Counted from the stretch's first letter, positions 35,601 through 45,099 are shown. The stretch: 64,000 nt of DNA from Aplysia californica (GCF_000002075.1 NW_004797434.1:832509-896508), one strand, 5' to 3'. Translations and numbers: made by a program. Notes: generated by a model not told the origin, from the letters alone.

Positions 35601-38115
35601 NNNNNNNNNNNNNNNNNNNNNNNNNNCCCCTCAAACAACAAAAAGAAACAACCCTAATTTTAAAAAAAAAGCCCCTCAAACAACAAAAAGAAACAACCCT
35701 AATTTTAAAAAAAAAGCCCCTCAAACAACAAAAAGAAACAACCCTAATTTTAAAAAAAAAGCCAGACAAGGAGACTGAACGGCACCAAAATCATGTGAAA
35801 TACTTTAGGATGCAAAAGGAATACATTCCACAACTTGCGGTGTTTATAGGCCAAAAGTAACACTCAAAACAGACCTACCCATTGTCATCAAGAGCATTTA
35901 CATCTGCACAGTTGAAGATTAAACGCTCAGCTGTGCTTTTCATTCCTGCAAATAGAAAAAAAAAATAGCAAAGCAGTTACAAACTTTCCACCGAGTTTCT
36001 TAGCTCAAATAACATCCAACAATTCTACGCGCAAAGCTACAAACTGTTAAGAATATTAGTGTTATAAATAATACATTTGTTTAATTTTCCTCATATCTGT
36101 CAAACTGAACGTTTAAAGAATTGAGATATACTTTTGGAACCTAACTAAAAACTAAAAACACAAAGACAAAAAAAGAAAAACAATTATAATCAAATCAAAG
36201 ACATCAATTAATCTCTTTTTTTAAATGTTCACAATTAAGTATCCTATAACCTCATATATTGTTGTTATGCAGGGAAGATAGACAGAAGAACGAATGATGA
36301 GATTATACAGCCACCCCATCACTAAGACGGACATAAGATTAAAAAGTATTCACCTACAAGCCATTATATAATTAAGACGCATTCTGGCTAATGATTTGTA
36401 TATATAGATGGAAATGTTTTAGTGTTTAACTTTTTTAAAAACTTAGTTTTCAGTTATCAAAAATTGCGCAGAATTTGTCAATTCACAAATATTAAACCAA
36501 AGTATGCTAGCCACACTTACTCACCATTTAGAACAGCCAAAGACAGAGGAGTGAACCCTGTGCTTTTCTCTCGAGTATTCACGTCTATGTGCCGCAGCTC
36601 AACTCTCATTTGGTTACTTGAGTCGACACTTTTCCAACTTAAACTTTCATCTTTGCTTCGTTTTGAAGTGGATGAAAGTAGTTTCTAGAAGAGGATGCAA
36701 AAACTTGCTTTGTTGATAAAATAAATTGATTGGTAACACAGAAAAAGAATTTTTTTTAAAAAATGGACGCTGCATAAAAAAGAAGAAATAAGCAAGATGT
36801 GCGAAGAGTACAAGGAAAAAATTTGTCTTAAAAATTTAGATCACAGAGATGTCGTATATTTTTAAAGCAAATTCAATCAGGTATGTTGCAAAATGAACTG
36901 AGAAAAACCTTGTTTCATATCGGGTGGCAATGCATAGTATATTAACATTAAAATTGTTTCTTTGAGCTGAGAAAGAGCAAGAGAATGTACTGGACTAAAC
37001 GTTGTCACTATAATGAGGGTCCAGCAGACCCAGATATACAGTCGAGCATGGACAACTCAAGCATGCAAAGCTCAGATTCATGGATAGTTCAAATAATATG
37101 CCATTTGCCGACTGAACTGTTATATATCTTCTTTCGATAGGCAGCACTGTTTTCTCAAACACCCGCATGGATATATTGAGCAGCTCATCTACGAAAGTGG
37201 GGTCAAACTTTTTCCTTTGTAATTGCTTCAAATTTTAATCACCCAGCACGCAAGATGAAAAAAACCCACACTCATCACCATCGAGAGCATCAAGTTACAT
37301 GACCTCAAAAGGGTCGCCCCAGCACAGTGTGATATATACACTGCTGGTAACGAGCACATCATTGCACATTACCTAGAGTGTGCATTAGGTGCTAGGACTA
37401 GAACTTCCTTGAATTGCTGCCGATGCATTGAGCCGTATGATGTGTGAATTATGTTTGTATTTGTGTGCATGCACGAGTGAGGTTGTTTGAATGCGAAGGT
37501 ATGGAGGGAGAAGAGATTACACAAGAGGGATGGGTGGCATGCTCTGATCAGTCTTGGTTACATTGTCATATAATTGTGATCTGACATAAGAGCAAATTTT
37601 TTTTTGTAGTTGTAATAAGGCTCATTCGTATCACTCTCTTCCTTTCTCTTGCTGAGACAATCCACCTTTCCATCCTTTTATTGGCACTGGGTACTTTTCA
37701 TGATGGAAGATAAGAGAAAGTGTAATGACATTTTTTTGGTCAACCCCTCAATGTGTTTGAGATACCTGTGCTCGATTGCATCTTTCATTGAGGTGTGAAA
37801 ATTCAGAAATGAAACTTTGTTTTCCCAAGAGTGTTTAAACAAGACACCAAATTCTTAAAATACTTTAGTGACAAACAGGATTAAATTTTTAATTGTTAGA
37901 AAGTTTATTTTTCTTCGTATGAACTCTAGTAAATTAATGCGAAAACTTCAATTTTACCATGTCAGTTTCACTTCCATACACATGCAAAGGCCTCTATTGG
38001 TTTGTTCTTTCTTTGGTGAAAAAAAGCATCAAGCATTCACAGACAAACTTATTACCTGTATTTTACTGGTATCTTTTTCCTTCACTGCCTTGAGAAGATC
38101 TGATTCTTTCCCCAT
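11845..38115 (-). CDS. Multi-exon ankyrin-repeat / F5-8C (galactose-binding-like) / SAM-like / Ig-like protein, Caskin/ANKS1-related, ~650 aa
   Basis: 20 GT-AG exons from ATG 38115 (caaccATGG) to TAG 11845, all phase-compatible except one junction (29830/26512) that spans an N-gap; N-terminus MGKESDLLKAVKEKD resembles Caskin/ANKS1. Confidence 0.88.
11990..12340 (+). mobile_element. tRNA-derived SINE family B with conserved central domain (copies ~14800-15115 -, ~43620-43950 +, ~50555-51170 -)
   Basis: A box TGGTCTAGTGG, B box GGTTCGAGCC, core GTGTCCT..GG.AAGGC.CTTTAC...CCTCACTTCACCC..GTG...ATGGGTAC, short-repeat tail. Confidence 0.8.
13120..13194 (-). CDS. ANK gene exon (end of Ig-like)
   Basis: AGLYSILVQGINTNITLMCPKPVEV. 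Confidence 0.85.
13985..14223 (+). mobile_element. RTE-type LINE 3' fragment
   Basis: RWSLQGQRDRGRPRTT*WRKVEA matches W.PQG.R.RGRPR.TW.R.VE. Confidence 0.55.
14512..14607 (-). CDS. ANK gene exon (Ig-like)
   Basis: GGQVSGDTCRRLIPGPDGNPSTATFSNVVIQP. Confidence 0.85.
14800..15115 (-). mobile_element. SINE family B copy
   Basis: GGTACCCATTTCCACCTGGGTAAAAAGAGGAAAATTTGTGTAAAGTGCCTTTTCCAAGGACACA is the reverse complement of the family core. Confidence 0.7.
15743..15871 (-). CDS. ANK gene exon (Ig-like)
   Basis: MYPMTVLSWVVPPATTVFVGEALPDFSVQSDPGVTEVIQLIVQ. Confidence 0.85.
18056..18116 (-). CDS. ANK gene exon (end of SAM-like)
   Basis: VPDAAKKASLLEALYKGRKE. Confidence 0.82.
18934..18990 (-). CDS. 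ANK gene exon (SAM-like)
   Basis: GLNTWKKFLDITPEQVYEL; phase 0 to 0. Confidence 0.85.
19615..19661. repeat. (GT)n microsatellite
   Basis: Directly visible. Confidence 0.95.
19745..19929 (-). CDS. ANK gene exon (end of F5/8C, start of SAM-like)
   Basis: AFPQDFFGFTFRSRYLRLYLVDNHEGSHMCFQGIQFHGADCLVVDTLQACQLSPITDAIILQ. Confidence 0.88.
20280..20439. mobile_element. piggyBac-type MITE
   Basis: TTAA-CACTTTGCAGTCAC...GTGACCGCAAAGTG-TTAA. Confidence 0.75.
20530..20885 (-). mobile_element. Non-autonomous retroposon family D with I/Nimb-LINE 3' tail (other copy 52470-52845 +)
   Basis: ~350 bp aligns with the reverse complement of 52505-52845; ends GGCGCTCATATGACCTTATGCAGTTGCGAGCGCCGTAAAAC. Confidence 0.75.
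21432..21499 (-). CDS. ANK gene exon (F5/8C-like)
   Basis: QGPWTVMTSHTCQRLGSSDPKEE. Confidence 0.85.
21552..21788. mobile_element. Tc1/mariner MITE (related copy ~49219-49378)
   Basis: TA-CAGGGTGTCC...GGACACCCTG-TA. Confidence 0.75.
22156..22209 (-). CDS. ANK gene exon (F5/8C-like)
   Basis: NSPQMIRTFQIQVADSL; phase 2 to 2. Confidence 0.85.
22554..22656 (-). CDS. ANK gene exon (F5/8C-like)
   Basis: DNLRTFWVVPVLHDAWTIFDLQSEHIITGVTIFGW. Confidence 0.88.
23541..23639 (-). CDS. ANK gene exon (start of the F5/8C-like domain)
   Basis: NYPKLPNDISWTQNRPLFCNSCTERNPNSHILD. Confidence 0.85.
24965..25060 (-). CDS. ANK gene exon (Pro/Thr-rich linker)
   Basis: DQYKKTPRFPTKLDHTDSPRTPDRTTPPGHIK; cag/gtgagt. 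Confidence 0.8.
25455..25985 (-). mobile_element. 5'-truncated I/Nimb-clade LINE (ORF2 C-terminus plus 3' tail)
   Basis: NNKLLNIKPKLG / EESVIFTLLHSGLTSLIHKYLLQGDEKLFCAGC / LPVRHILTECLDFGETRRKYFECKKFQDLFSVTNPNRILDIIKSIGLYRKL* (CCHC region, frameshifted), followed by the conserved GCGC..ATGACC..GCAGTT..GAGCGCC tail. Confidence 0.8.
26446..26512 (-). CDS. ANK gene exon (end of the ankyrin region)
   Basis: SPLSLARLLRPHTQHQVLELLK; phase 0 to 1. Confidence 0.8.
26584..26865. mobile_element. hAT-like MITE with TTCAAGGA subterminal repeats
   Basis: TIR CAGGGTACCTGC...GCAGGAACCCTG; AACAAA on both sides. Confidence 0.7.
29688..29800. repeat. (GGA)n/(GAA)n low-complexity tract
   Basis: Directly visible beside the N-gap. 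Confidence 0.9.
29830..30013 (-). CDS. ANK gene exon 7
   Basis: GAVTALLEYAPTLVSNRVAIVDAAIRGHYSTVEILLEHGVSPNLLDDHHGSYPLHEALRYN; weak gttatt donor. Confidence 0.88.
30228..30413. mobile_element. pogo/Tigger-like MITE family (copies ~13318-13480, ~23773-23890, ~24281-24452, ~30799-30981, ~62945-63115)
   Basis: TA-CAGTTAAACCTG...CAGGTTCCACTG-TA; shared internal GGCCACTTTTCTCCTC and CACTTCCCATTTCC motifs. Confidence 0.7.
31036..31111 (-). CDS. ANK gene exon 6
   Basis: AGANVWTQNKHELTPLDLGARFKRD; phase 0 to 1. Confidence 0.88.
31750..31927 (-). mobile_element. Short retroposon family E with I/Nimb tail (partial copies ~21300-21420, ~28380-28503)
   Basis: Shared AGAGGTGTTACAAGAGAG...GATGTTTGATAGG...GAGCAAACCACACCAGAGCACCCGCCA; same 3' tail as family D in this copy. 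Confidence 0.7.
32480..32575 (-). CDS. ANK gene exon 5
   Basis: VNSQNSDGNTALHLASENYSHAQIKIIRTLVK; gtaagt donor. Confidence 0.9.
32600..32750. repeat. (GA)n-rich tract (polypyrimidine on the coding strand, upstream of exon 5)
   Basis: Directly visible. Confidence 0.9.
33588..33663 (-). CDS. ANK gene exon 4
   Basis: NTPLHLAAFGGHLDLVELLLQNEAE, canonical ankyrin repeat; phase 2 to 0. Confidence 0.9.
34356..34553. mobile_element. hAT (Charlie-like) MITE
   Basis: CAGTG...CACTG ends with a perfect 8-bp TSD ATTTACAA (34348-34355, 34554-34561). Confidence 0.85.
35627..35761. repeat. 45-bp minisatellite, 3 visible copies running into an N-gap
   Basis: CCCCTCAAACAACAAAAAGAAACAACCCTAATTTTAAAAAAAAAG x3. 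Confidence 0.95.
35879..35945 (-). CDS. ANK gene exon 3
   Basis: MKSTAERLIFNCADVNALDDNG; phase 1 to 2. Confidence 0.85.
36525..36684 (-). CDS. ANK gene exon 2
   Basis: KLLSSTSKRSKDESLSWKSVDSSNQMRVELRHIDVNTREKSTGFTPLSLAVLNG; ag/gtgag. Confidence 0.88.
38056..38115 (-). CDS. ANK gene coding exon 1 (exon begins ~38132 in the 5'UTR)
   Basis: MGKESDLLKAVKEKDTSKIQ|gtaat, phase 0. Confidence 0.88.
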
Positions 38116-39344
38116 GGTTGTAAATTGGATTTCTGTGTTCAAATAGTAACACATATAAATTATAGAACCATGAAATTATAGATAGCAAAAACTATTCTCC
38201 ACATAATACAACAATTATGAACATAAATGATTTAATAGAAATAAATATATTATGATTCCTCTTTTCAAAACAACTCTGAGTCAAACTTATAACTTGTAAA
38301 TGCTGGCCAGGATAATATTTGCAGGTGAAACAGGCCCAAAAAATGTAAGTTACTCAGGAATAAGCCTGATGTTGAGATAACCCATGCTTTCATGTGCCTA
38401 AAAACCTTGTGACCAGTAGATGAAAAAAATCAGGATTCTTAGAAGAAATTTGACCTAATAGCAATCCTGATGTATATTTTTTTATCCAGACCACAAACGC
38501 TAATACAAAAAAAAAAGAAAGACCCACTTAGAGTTGACCGACTAGTTTCAGCACTACAAACATGCATGCCCAGCAGTCTCGGTATTTAGTGTGCAGTTTT
38601 CGAAGATTTTGCCATTGACAAACAAACCAATTGAAACAGAAATTAATTAAGTACTGCCACTCTAGGGAAACCAGGATTATTGTGGCAGAAGAAAAGGACA
38701 AAAGATAAAGGATTGTACTGCTTTCCATTCACTCTCAAAATCATAATGCTTCCTCATCATCGAAAGTTTTTAAAGTCACTTTGTCAAAATTCATCCTCCT
38801 GACCTCCCTGCCCTTAGAAGTACTTTGACTTTTTTTAAACAGAAGGATGCAATTACATCCAAACAAAGTTCAAAATACTCAATCCCAAGAAAGGTGAACC
38901 TTTTGGAGTTCACTTAATTTGGATCCAATTCTTAAAAGCGGTTTCTGTTTGTTTGACAAAGTGGTTTTCAAAACTTTTGATGGTGACATAGTGTTAAGAG
39001 CGAGTAAAAAGATGTGTACTCCTTTAGTCTTTTTCTGCAGCTACAGCATTAATGGTTTCCAGAGAATGGCAAAAAAATTATCTTTCAGTTGGTAGGCCCC
39101 CTATGCTTGACGATGGCAAAATCTAGGCATACTATATGTCCACTTATATGGAAGTGCTGGGCATGCATTTAGCAATGCAAACTGGTCGGTCAGCTCATCT
39201 GAATCACAGCTAATCAAATGTGGCCCCTGATCAGGGTGTTGAACCCCTGGATGTGCTGACTACTAGGTTAAGAAAATTCAAATCAGGGGGCCCGTGTTCA
39301 GTTTAAATGTATTCAGAATATCTTTATGCAAAAATAACTGAAGA

Positions 39345-39594
39345 CTACAGAGGAAAAATGATGGTAATCATAAACAGAAACTGAAAATCGTGAGGGTACC
39401 AATTCTGAACGCTTGTTGACTCATAAATGTATTTCTGTTCAATTGTTGGTTGATTATTGTTGTTAGATTTACAATTCAACAACACTTAACAATAAACCAC
39501 CAGTCAAACAAATATGGAGTTATGAGTCCACAGGCTTTTAAAATTGGCACCCTCACAATTTCCAGTTTGTGACTACCATCATTTTCCCCCTGTG
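39345..39594. mobile_element. Fold-back (hairpin) MITE-like element
   Basis: Arm GGAAAAATGATGGTAATCA...GTGAGGGTACCAATT...GACTCATAA is inverted against TTATGAGTC...AATTGGCACCCTCAC...GACTACCATCATTTTCC. Confidence 0.6.
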
Positions 39595-39863
39595 CTCTTC
39601 AACTGTTAACAAAATTTTTACTTCTAACAGGTCAATTCTGATTCACAAAATACATGTATCTCTTTCATTTGTGCAAACGATGCAACCAATGTTACAAAAA
39701 CAGTGCAAAAATTCCCCCCCCCCCCGAAATTTTGGGTTTCGAGTATGAATTTAATCAGCGGCAAATTTTTACTTTCGTACCTGCACATAGATGTGTTCCC
39801 CGCACTTTACAGATCTGCGCTTAAGATTATGCAGCGCGTTTCAACAATCATATAAGTGTGAAG

Positions 39864-40390
39864 CAATCTTAAGATTGCGCTATGCGTTTTAATGATCATA
39901 TAATTGTATCATTCTTGTGAGCTTTTCAGTTTCAAATCTTAATTTTCATATTTCTACTCTTTTGAAGATATTATAAGTGGATGTTCCTAGATGTGAGTAA
40001 AAGAATAAAGATCGGAAGAGAATTTTAAAAAATAATTTTAAAAATATTAATTTAATGTACTTTGTGAACTTTGAGTTTGATACCTGGTATTGTACCATTC
40101 TTGTGGGCTCTTCATTTCATACATTAATTTTAATTTTAATATTTCTACACTCTTGAAAATTTATGAATGTTCCTTGATGTGAGTAAAAGAATAAAGATGG
40201 AAGTGAATTTACAAAAAAAAATTATTAAAAAAATATGAAATAAATTAAATGTACTTTGTAAACTTTTGAGTTTGATACCTGGCAAAGTATCATTCTTGTA
40301 AGCTCTCCAAAAATATAAAATATTAACGTAATCTTCAGGTTTCCGTGCAACTATATGATCGTTAAAACGCGCAGCGCAATCTGAAGATTG
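39864..40390. mobile_element. Element with ~43-bp inverted repeats enclosing ~2 tandem ~190-bp units
   Basis: CAATCTTAAGATTGCGCTATGCGTTTTAATGATCATATAATTG matches the reverse complement of ~40347-40390; internal GATGTGAGTAAAAGAATAAAGAT and GAGTTTGATACCTGG each occur twice. Confidence 0.65.
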
Positions 40391-40614
40391 CCGCACAATT
40401 ATACGATCCCTAAATTGTGCGGAACAAATGCAAAGTTAGTTTTGGCAGCCAAACTGCCATTTAGATTTCTTTGCAGCAGAACACCTAAAACTAAAATCCT
40501 CACAAATCAATTGTTTTCAAGGAAATATCCAATCTAATACTAGATCTAGAATCTAATTGCAAAACATCAAATTCATTGTGAAATACAGGGGGCGGGCATG
40601 CCCCACCCGGAAAC

Positions 40615-42587
40615 TAGTGTTGGGCTTTAGTCGATATCGATATCGGGTACTCATCGATACTGGTTTTCTTAGTCGATACTCGATATCGCAGAGTCCCTTA
40701 GTCGATACTGATCAGTGTAATGAGTGTAGTGTTTGCCGCCTAATCTGCGTGATATCATAGAGAAACGTGCTGTCTACGATCACCCGTCTTTTGTTTCTAA
40801 ATAGGCTTAGTCATGTTGAGAAAGAAGAAGAGCACTGTTTGGACACATTTTTAAAAGCTATCAGGAAACAAAGAGGCCAGGTGCCTTGTTTGTCACGACA
40901 TATTAAAGCATCATGGGAACAGTACAAATCTCATGAAACATCTCCATGCCAAACATCCAAGCGAAAATGCTGCACTTGACAAGGAGATGGGCGGTAGCAG
41001 CAGCGGTAGTTGCAGTGCAGATGAAGCTATCAGATTGCATCCGTTCAGAGCCCTACGCGCCTTCACACTTCAAGAAGAAACTTCTCGACGACAAGGTAGT
41101 CAAAATGATTTGCATTAAAAAAACCCCAAAAAACAAATAATGAAACAAAAAGTAATAACAAAATAAAGATCGCATCTTACAACTGGGTGCACAGGCAGTA
41201 GGGCCTGGTAAGCCGAATGACTGACACCGTGACCTTTGACCTTTCATCTATTAAAGTGCTTCAAGGAAACAATACGGTGAGCGCTATTTTTAAGCCTTTT
41301 GAGACGTCACAGTATCTAGCAATGCCAATCGGGCTTTCCCGCGAGGCGAAAATTTGGTCCCCGTTTACGGGCGATTTTGCGGACCCGGCCGAAGCGTAGG
41401 TGACTAACTTTGTCAACCTCGGTCTGCTCTATTTCAGAACCAATCCGAATGAAACTCGGCTACCAATCAGAAAATAGGGCAAACTAATGATATGTGGACG
41501 TTGAAGTTCGTACACATAAATTAACCTATACATTTGGTGTCGGGAACACTTTCGTATCGTGTACACCGAAAACTATAAGGAGTTTGAATTTCAACGCCCA
41601 GATGGTAATAGATCTATCTATCCTCTATAGTGTTCTCAAATTTGAGAGTTCTGTGTCAAGTAGTTGTTTAGACCCGATCGTAAATCTACGACTACCCCCC
41701 TATCCAAAGCGGCTTCGCACGGAGACCGGCCATTTTCCCCTCACTCCCGTGGCAAATGTCTGTGACCTACAAATCCCCGCATGACTATTCCGGGCCCGTT
41801 CATTGGTCACTTGAAATAGGGCAATGGCGGGCGCGCGCATCCGGTTGTTTTTCTCTCTATTCCCCTGTAACATCGCAATGGGGGTATTCCGAGGCGAGGT
41901 TATCTCGTCTCGGGGTGTTCGCGTCTCAACGGGGAAAAAGAATTTTTAATTGTACGGCATGCTAGATTGAATTAACTTATCTTTTACGGTTGGCATGGTC
42001 TAAAGTCATCATAAAAAGCTTTGCAATTATTTAGTCACGCTGCCGACATATATTCTTAAAGATCCCATGTTGTGATACGATGCTATAAATAAAATGGACT
42101 CATCCCGACACCCCTTTTTCGCAAAATCGTAATATGTACACCACAATTTTAATTATAACAAAATAACTACGAAATTGGTAGTAAATCTGACTGCAGAAAT
42201 GATTTCTACACTCAAAAACACATCGGGTAGCCAAGTTTCTCTCGAACATTTGGATTAGTTACCGAGATATTGTCGATTTTCTTACAGAATCTGCTACTGC
42301 GTGGTCCACTTTTTAGGAGTATTTTCCTATATGTGGGTCATCCATATTTTGCCGACCTTTACAACCCCATAACTTTTTAAATTTATGAACCGATTCTCAA
42401 AATTCAAGAAGCATAATTATCACAATTGAAAATTCTTTCTTAGGTACCAAAAAAAAGGGGGCAAAAGTGAAAATTTAAATTTTCATTGGCATTGCTACAG
42501 TATCGATATTGAGTATCGATCGATACTGGGGACGCGGGTACCCGATACTACCCGATACTAGCTAAAATCGATTAACGCCCAATACTA
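40615..42587 (+). mobile_element. Internally deleted hAT transposon (1973 bp) with a BED zinc-finger transposase relic
   Basis: TIR TAGT(G/A)TTGGGC; perfect 8-bp TSD CCGGAAAC (40607-40614, 42588-42595); TCGATAC/TATCGATA subterminal repeats. Confidence 0.9.
40813..41118 (+). pseudogene. hAT/ZBED1-like transposase N-terminus (BED finger), disabled
   Basis: MLRKKKSTVWTHF*KLSGNKEARCLVCHDILKHHGNSTNLMKHLHAKHP (W..F, CxxC, HxxxxH); stop at 40852, then frameshift to PYAPSHFKKKLLDDKVVKMI. Confidence 0.85.
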
Positions 42588-43174
42588 CCGGAAACCACCC
42601 AGATTTTCCTTAGATCAGACTAAATTGGGCTATGGTTAATAGCATAGTCTATAGTCATAGAAAAAAAAGACATCCATATCTCTCATCAATTTGCAGTGAT
42701 AAGGTCAAAATTCGTGTAAAGCAGAAAAAATGAACAAGACAACAAGAACATTGTCATTGAAAATCAATACCTTGATCACAGCTTTTCAAACTTTTCGATG
42801 ATAGCTGATATAGATTGGAAAAAACTAAATCTAGATTCTAGAATCTAGATTCTAGATCTAGATCTAGATGATCTAGATTAGATCTAGAGAGAGATGTCTT
42901 TTTTCTTTTGGTACGTTTTTGTTATTGTTTAAATAAGGGCATATAGATCTAGATCTATATACGAGTATAACTATATATAAACATGATCATGAGATGAGTT
43001 CACTAACAACAATTACAAAGTAACAAAATTAGATCTAGATCTAGCTCCAAATTCTAAATTAAATAGATCTAGATCTAGAATTATCAACAATATTATGATA
43101 TGATAAAAACAAAAGGCGAGAAGAAATACAAAATCTTAACCGACAAATAGATCTAGGCCTACACCGCAACTTAC

Positions 43175-43300
43175 TTCTGGGTCGGGGAAGTTACTTCAAG
43201 TTATTCATAGCTTGTTCAGCAAGACAGCTGGGCATTTACCAACCTTCGTTTTTCGTATTACCAATGCTTTCATATTTTGTAACATTGGATGCCAGAGATT
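43175..43300 (-). other. Probable non-coding first (5'UTR) exon of the ANK gene
   Basis: Strong donor CCAGAA|gtaagt at 43175; its ATGs open only short ORFs; coding exon 1 has an acceptor at 38133 that needs an upstream exon; TSS unknown. Confidence 0.45.
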
Positions 43301-43619
43301 CTGACAGTACGCAAGGGGGTTATGTTGTAAGGTCCTTGGCAGTAGTATGTATAATATGCACAGAATTCGAGAATTCTGTGATAGTATGTAAAATATTTAA
43401 GCACTAGATTAGTTATTGCACGTGTTGTCCACCATAGCCTATTTTATTTTCGTGACAGTTTTGACCTCTAAAGTGGCAAGTTTCTTATAGATCTAGTAGG
43501 CTAAAGTTCATTTTACGACTCAGACGGCGCAGCACAAGGTGAGAAAAAAAAATCACTTATTATGAGATTAGCCCCTTAACTTAATTTTTTTTTTTTTGGA
43601 AAGGGCCGTGGATTGGGGG

Positions 43620-43950
43620 GGGGGTATGTCGTTGTTGGTCAAGTGGTTGGTTCTCCAACTTGCCAACGAAAGATTGTGGGCCCGCTAGGGGCCCGATGTT
43701 GTGTCCTAGGCACTGGTTTACGTGAATGTTCCTCACTTCACCCAGTTGGGAATGCTTCCTGGCTACAAATAGCAAAAGATCTTTTCGCTTTCTTATTATT
43801 TGAGCGTACATGAAACCTGCAGCTTGCACTGTATGCATCCCGAGAAAACAAGAGCATTTCTGAATGTTCTAGGGTTTACTGCGGGTAATACGTTGTTGTA
43901 AGGAAGACATACAAATACAGAGCATGCTGCGTAGCGTGAATATGCGTTAT
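43620..43950 (+). mobile_element. SINE family B copy between the two divergent genes
   Basis: TGGTCAAGTGG head; GTGTCCTAGGCAC...CCTCACTTCACCCAG core. Confidence 0.6.
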
Positions 43951-45099
43951 ACATGCAATTATTTATATTACTTATCAAGCCTGAATACACACACATATAT
44001 ATTTTTAAAAAAAATAAAAATTTCAAGACCTTAATNNNNNNNNNNNNNNNNNNNNNNNNNNNNNNNNNNNNNNNNNNNNNNNNNNNNNNNNNNNNNNNNN
44101 NNNNNNNNNNNNNNNNNNNNNNNNNNNNNNNNNNNNNNNNNNNNNNNNNNNNNNNNNNNNNNNNNNNNNNNNNNNNNNNNNNNNNNNNNNNNNNNNNNNN
44201 NNNNNNNNNNNNNNNNNNNNNNNNNNNNNNNNNNNNNNNNNNNNNNNNNNNNNNNNNNNNNNNNNNNNNNNNNNNNNNNNNNNNNNNNNNNNNATAATAA
44301 GAAATATTCTTTTTTCATTTAATTTTGGAATGAAGATAGACTGTTCCAATCTCTAAATGGCACATTGAAAGTAAAAATTATATCACTAGAGAAAAGCAGC
44401 CAAAATAAGCTTCAAAATCGCTAGCTCAGTTGTATCCAATGTACACACAAACAATAGTTGTAAACAAATAATATATTATCATACCAGCCGATATTTTTAT
44501 ATCTTATGCTAAGCTGAGACAAACTGTTTTGATTTGTCTGGTAGGAATTTTTTATTTTCTTTAAAATGAAACACAATAACACTATAATTTTCACTAGAAT
44601 AAGACATTTATTTTTGTTTTGATTACTGCATTGTGACTTGTGACTTAACTTTTACATATTATATCGTTGTGTATGATAGCCTTTTATAAAAATCGATACT
44701 CTATCTTAGCAATGATCCGAAAATGTTCCTTTATTATCTAGATCTAGTCCTAATCGTTGGCTTCAGCTTTGTCTTTGCTTCGACCTGAAAAACGCTGTTT
44801 TCTAGTTGTTGTTTTTTAAAACCATGTTTGATTCCAGAGATAGGTCATGTAGTTCTCGAAAACGTTTAAAGAATAATTATCAGGATAGACTCTTTGCGAA
44901 TACATTACAATATGATATATACACATCTCGACGACAAATTATTAATTTCTAGCTTTGACTACCTGCTAACATTAAGCAGAGATTTCTGTCATCGGGAGAC
45001 AGTGTAAACTGTTTCTTAGACGGATAGGGTTTTTACAAAGAGTGTTTTTAGGCGAAAACCCTTATATTATGAGGGGGCCTAAATATTATATATATTTGG

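Noticed and set aside
35627-35761. Regular repeats as a possible CRISPR array
   Set aside because: Head-to-tail 45-bp units without spacers, in a eukaryotic intron
36995-37231. 78-aa minus-strand ORF in the intron between coding exons 1 and 2
   Set aside because: No recognisable motif or splice support; exons 1 and 2 join in phase without it
11845-38115. Assigning the symbol CASKIN or ANKS1
   Set aside because: No SH3, tandem SAM or PTB domain is visible, so orthology is unsupported
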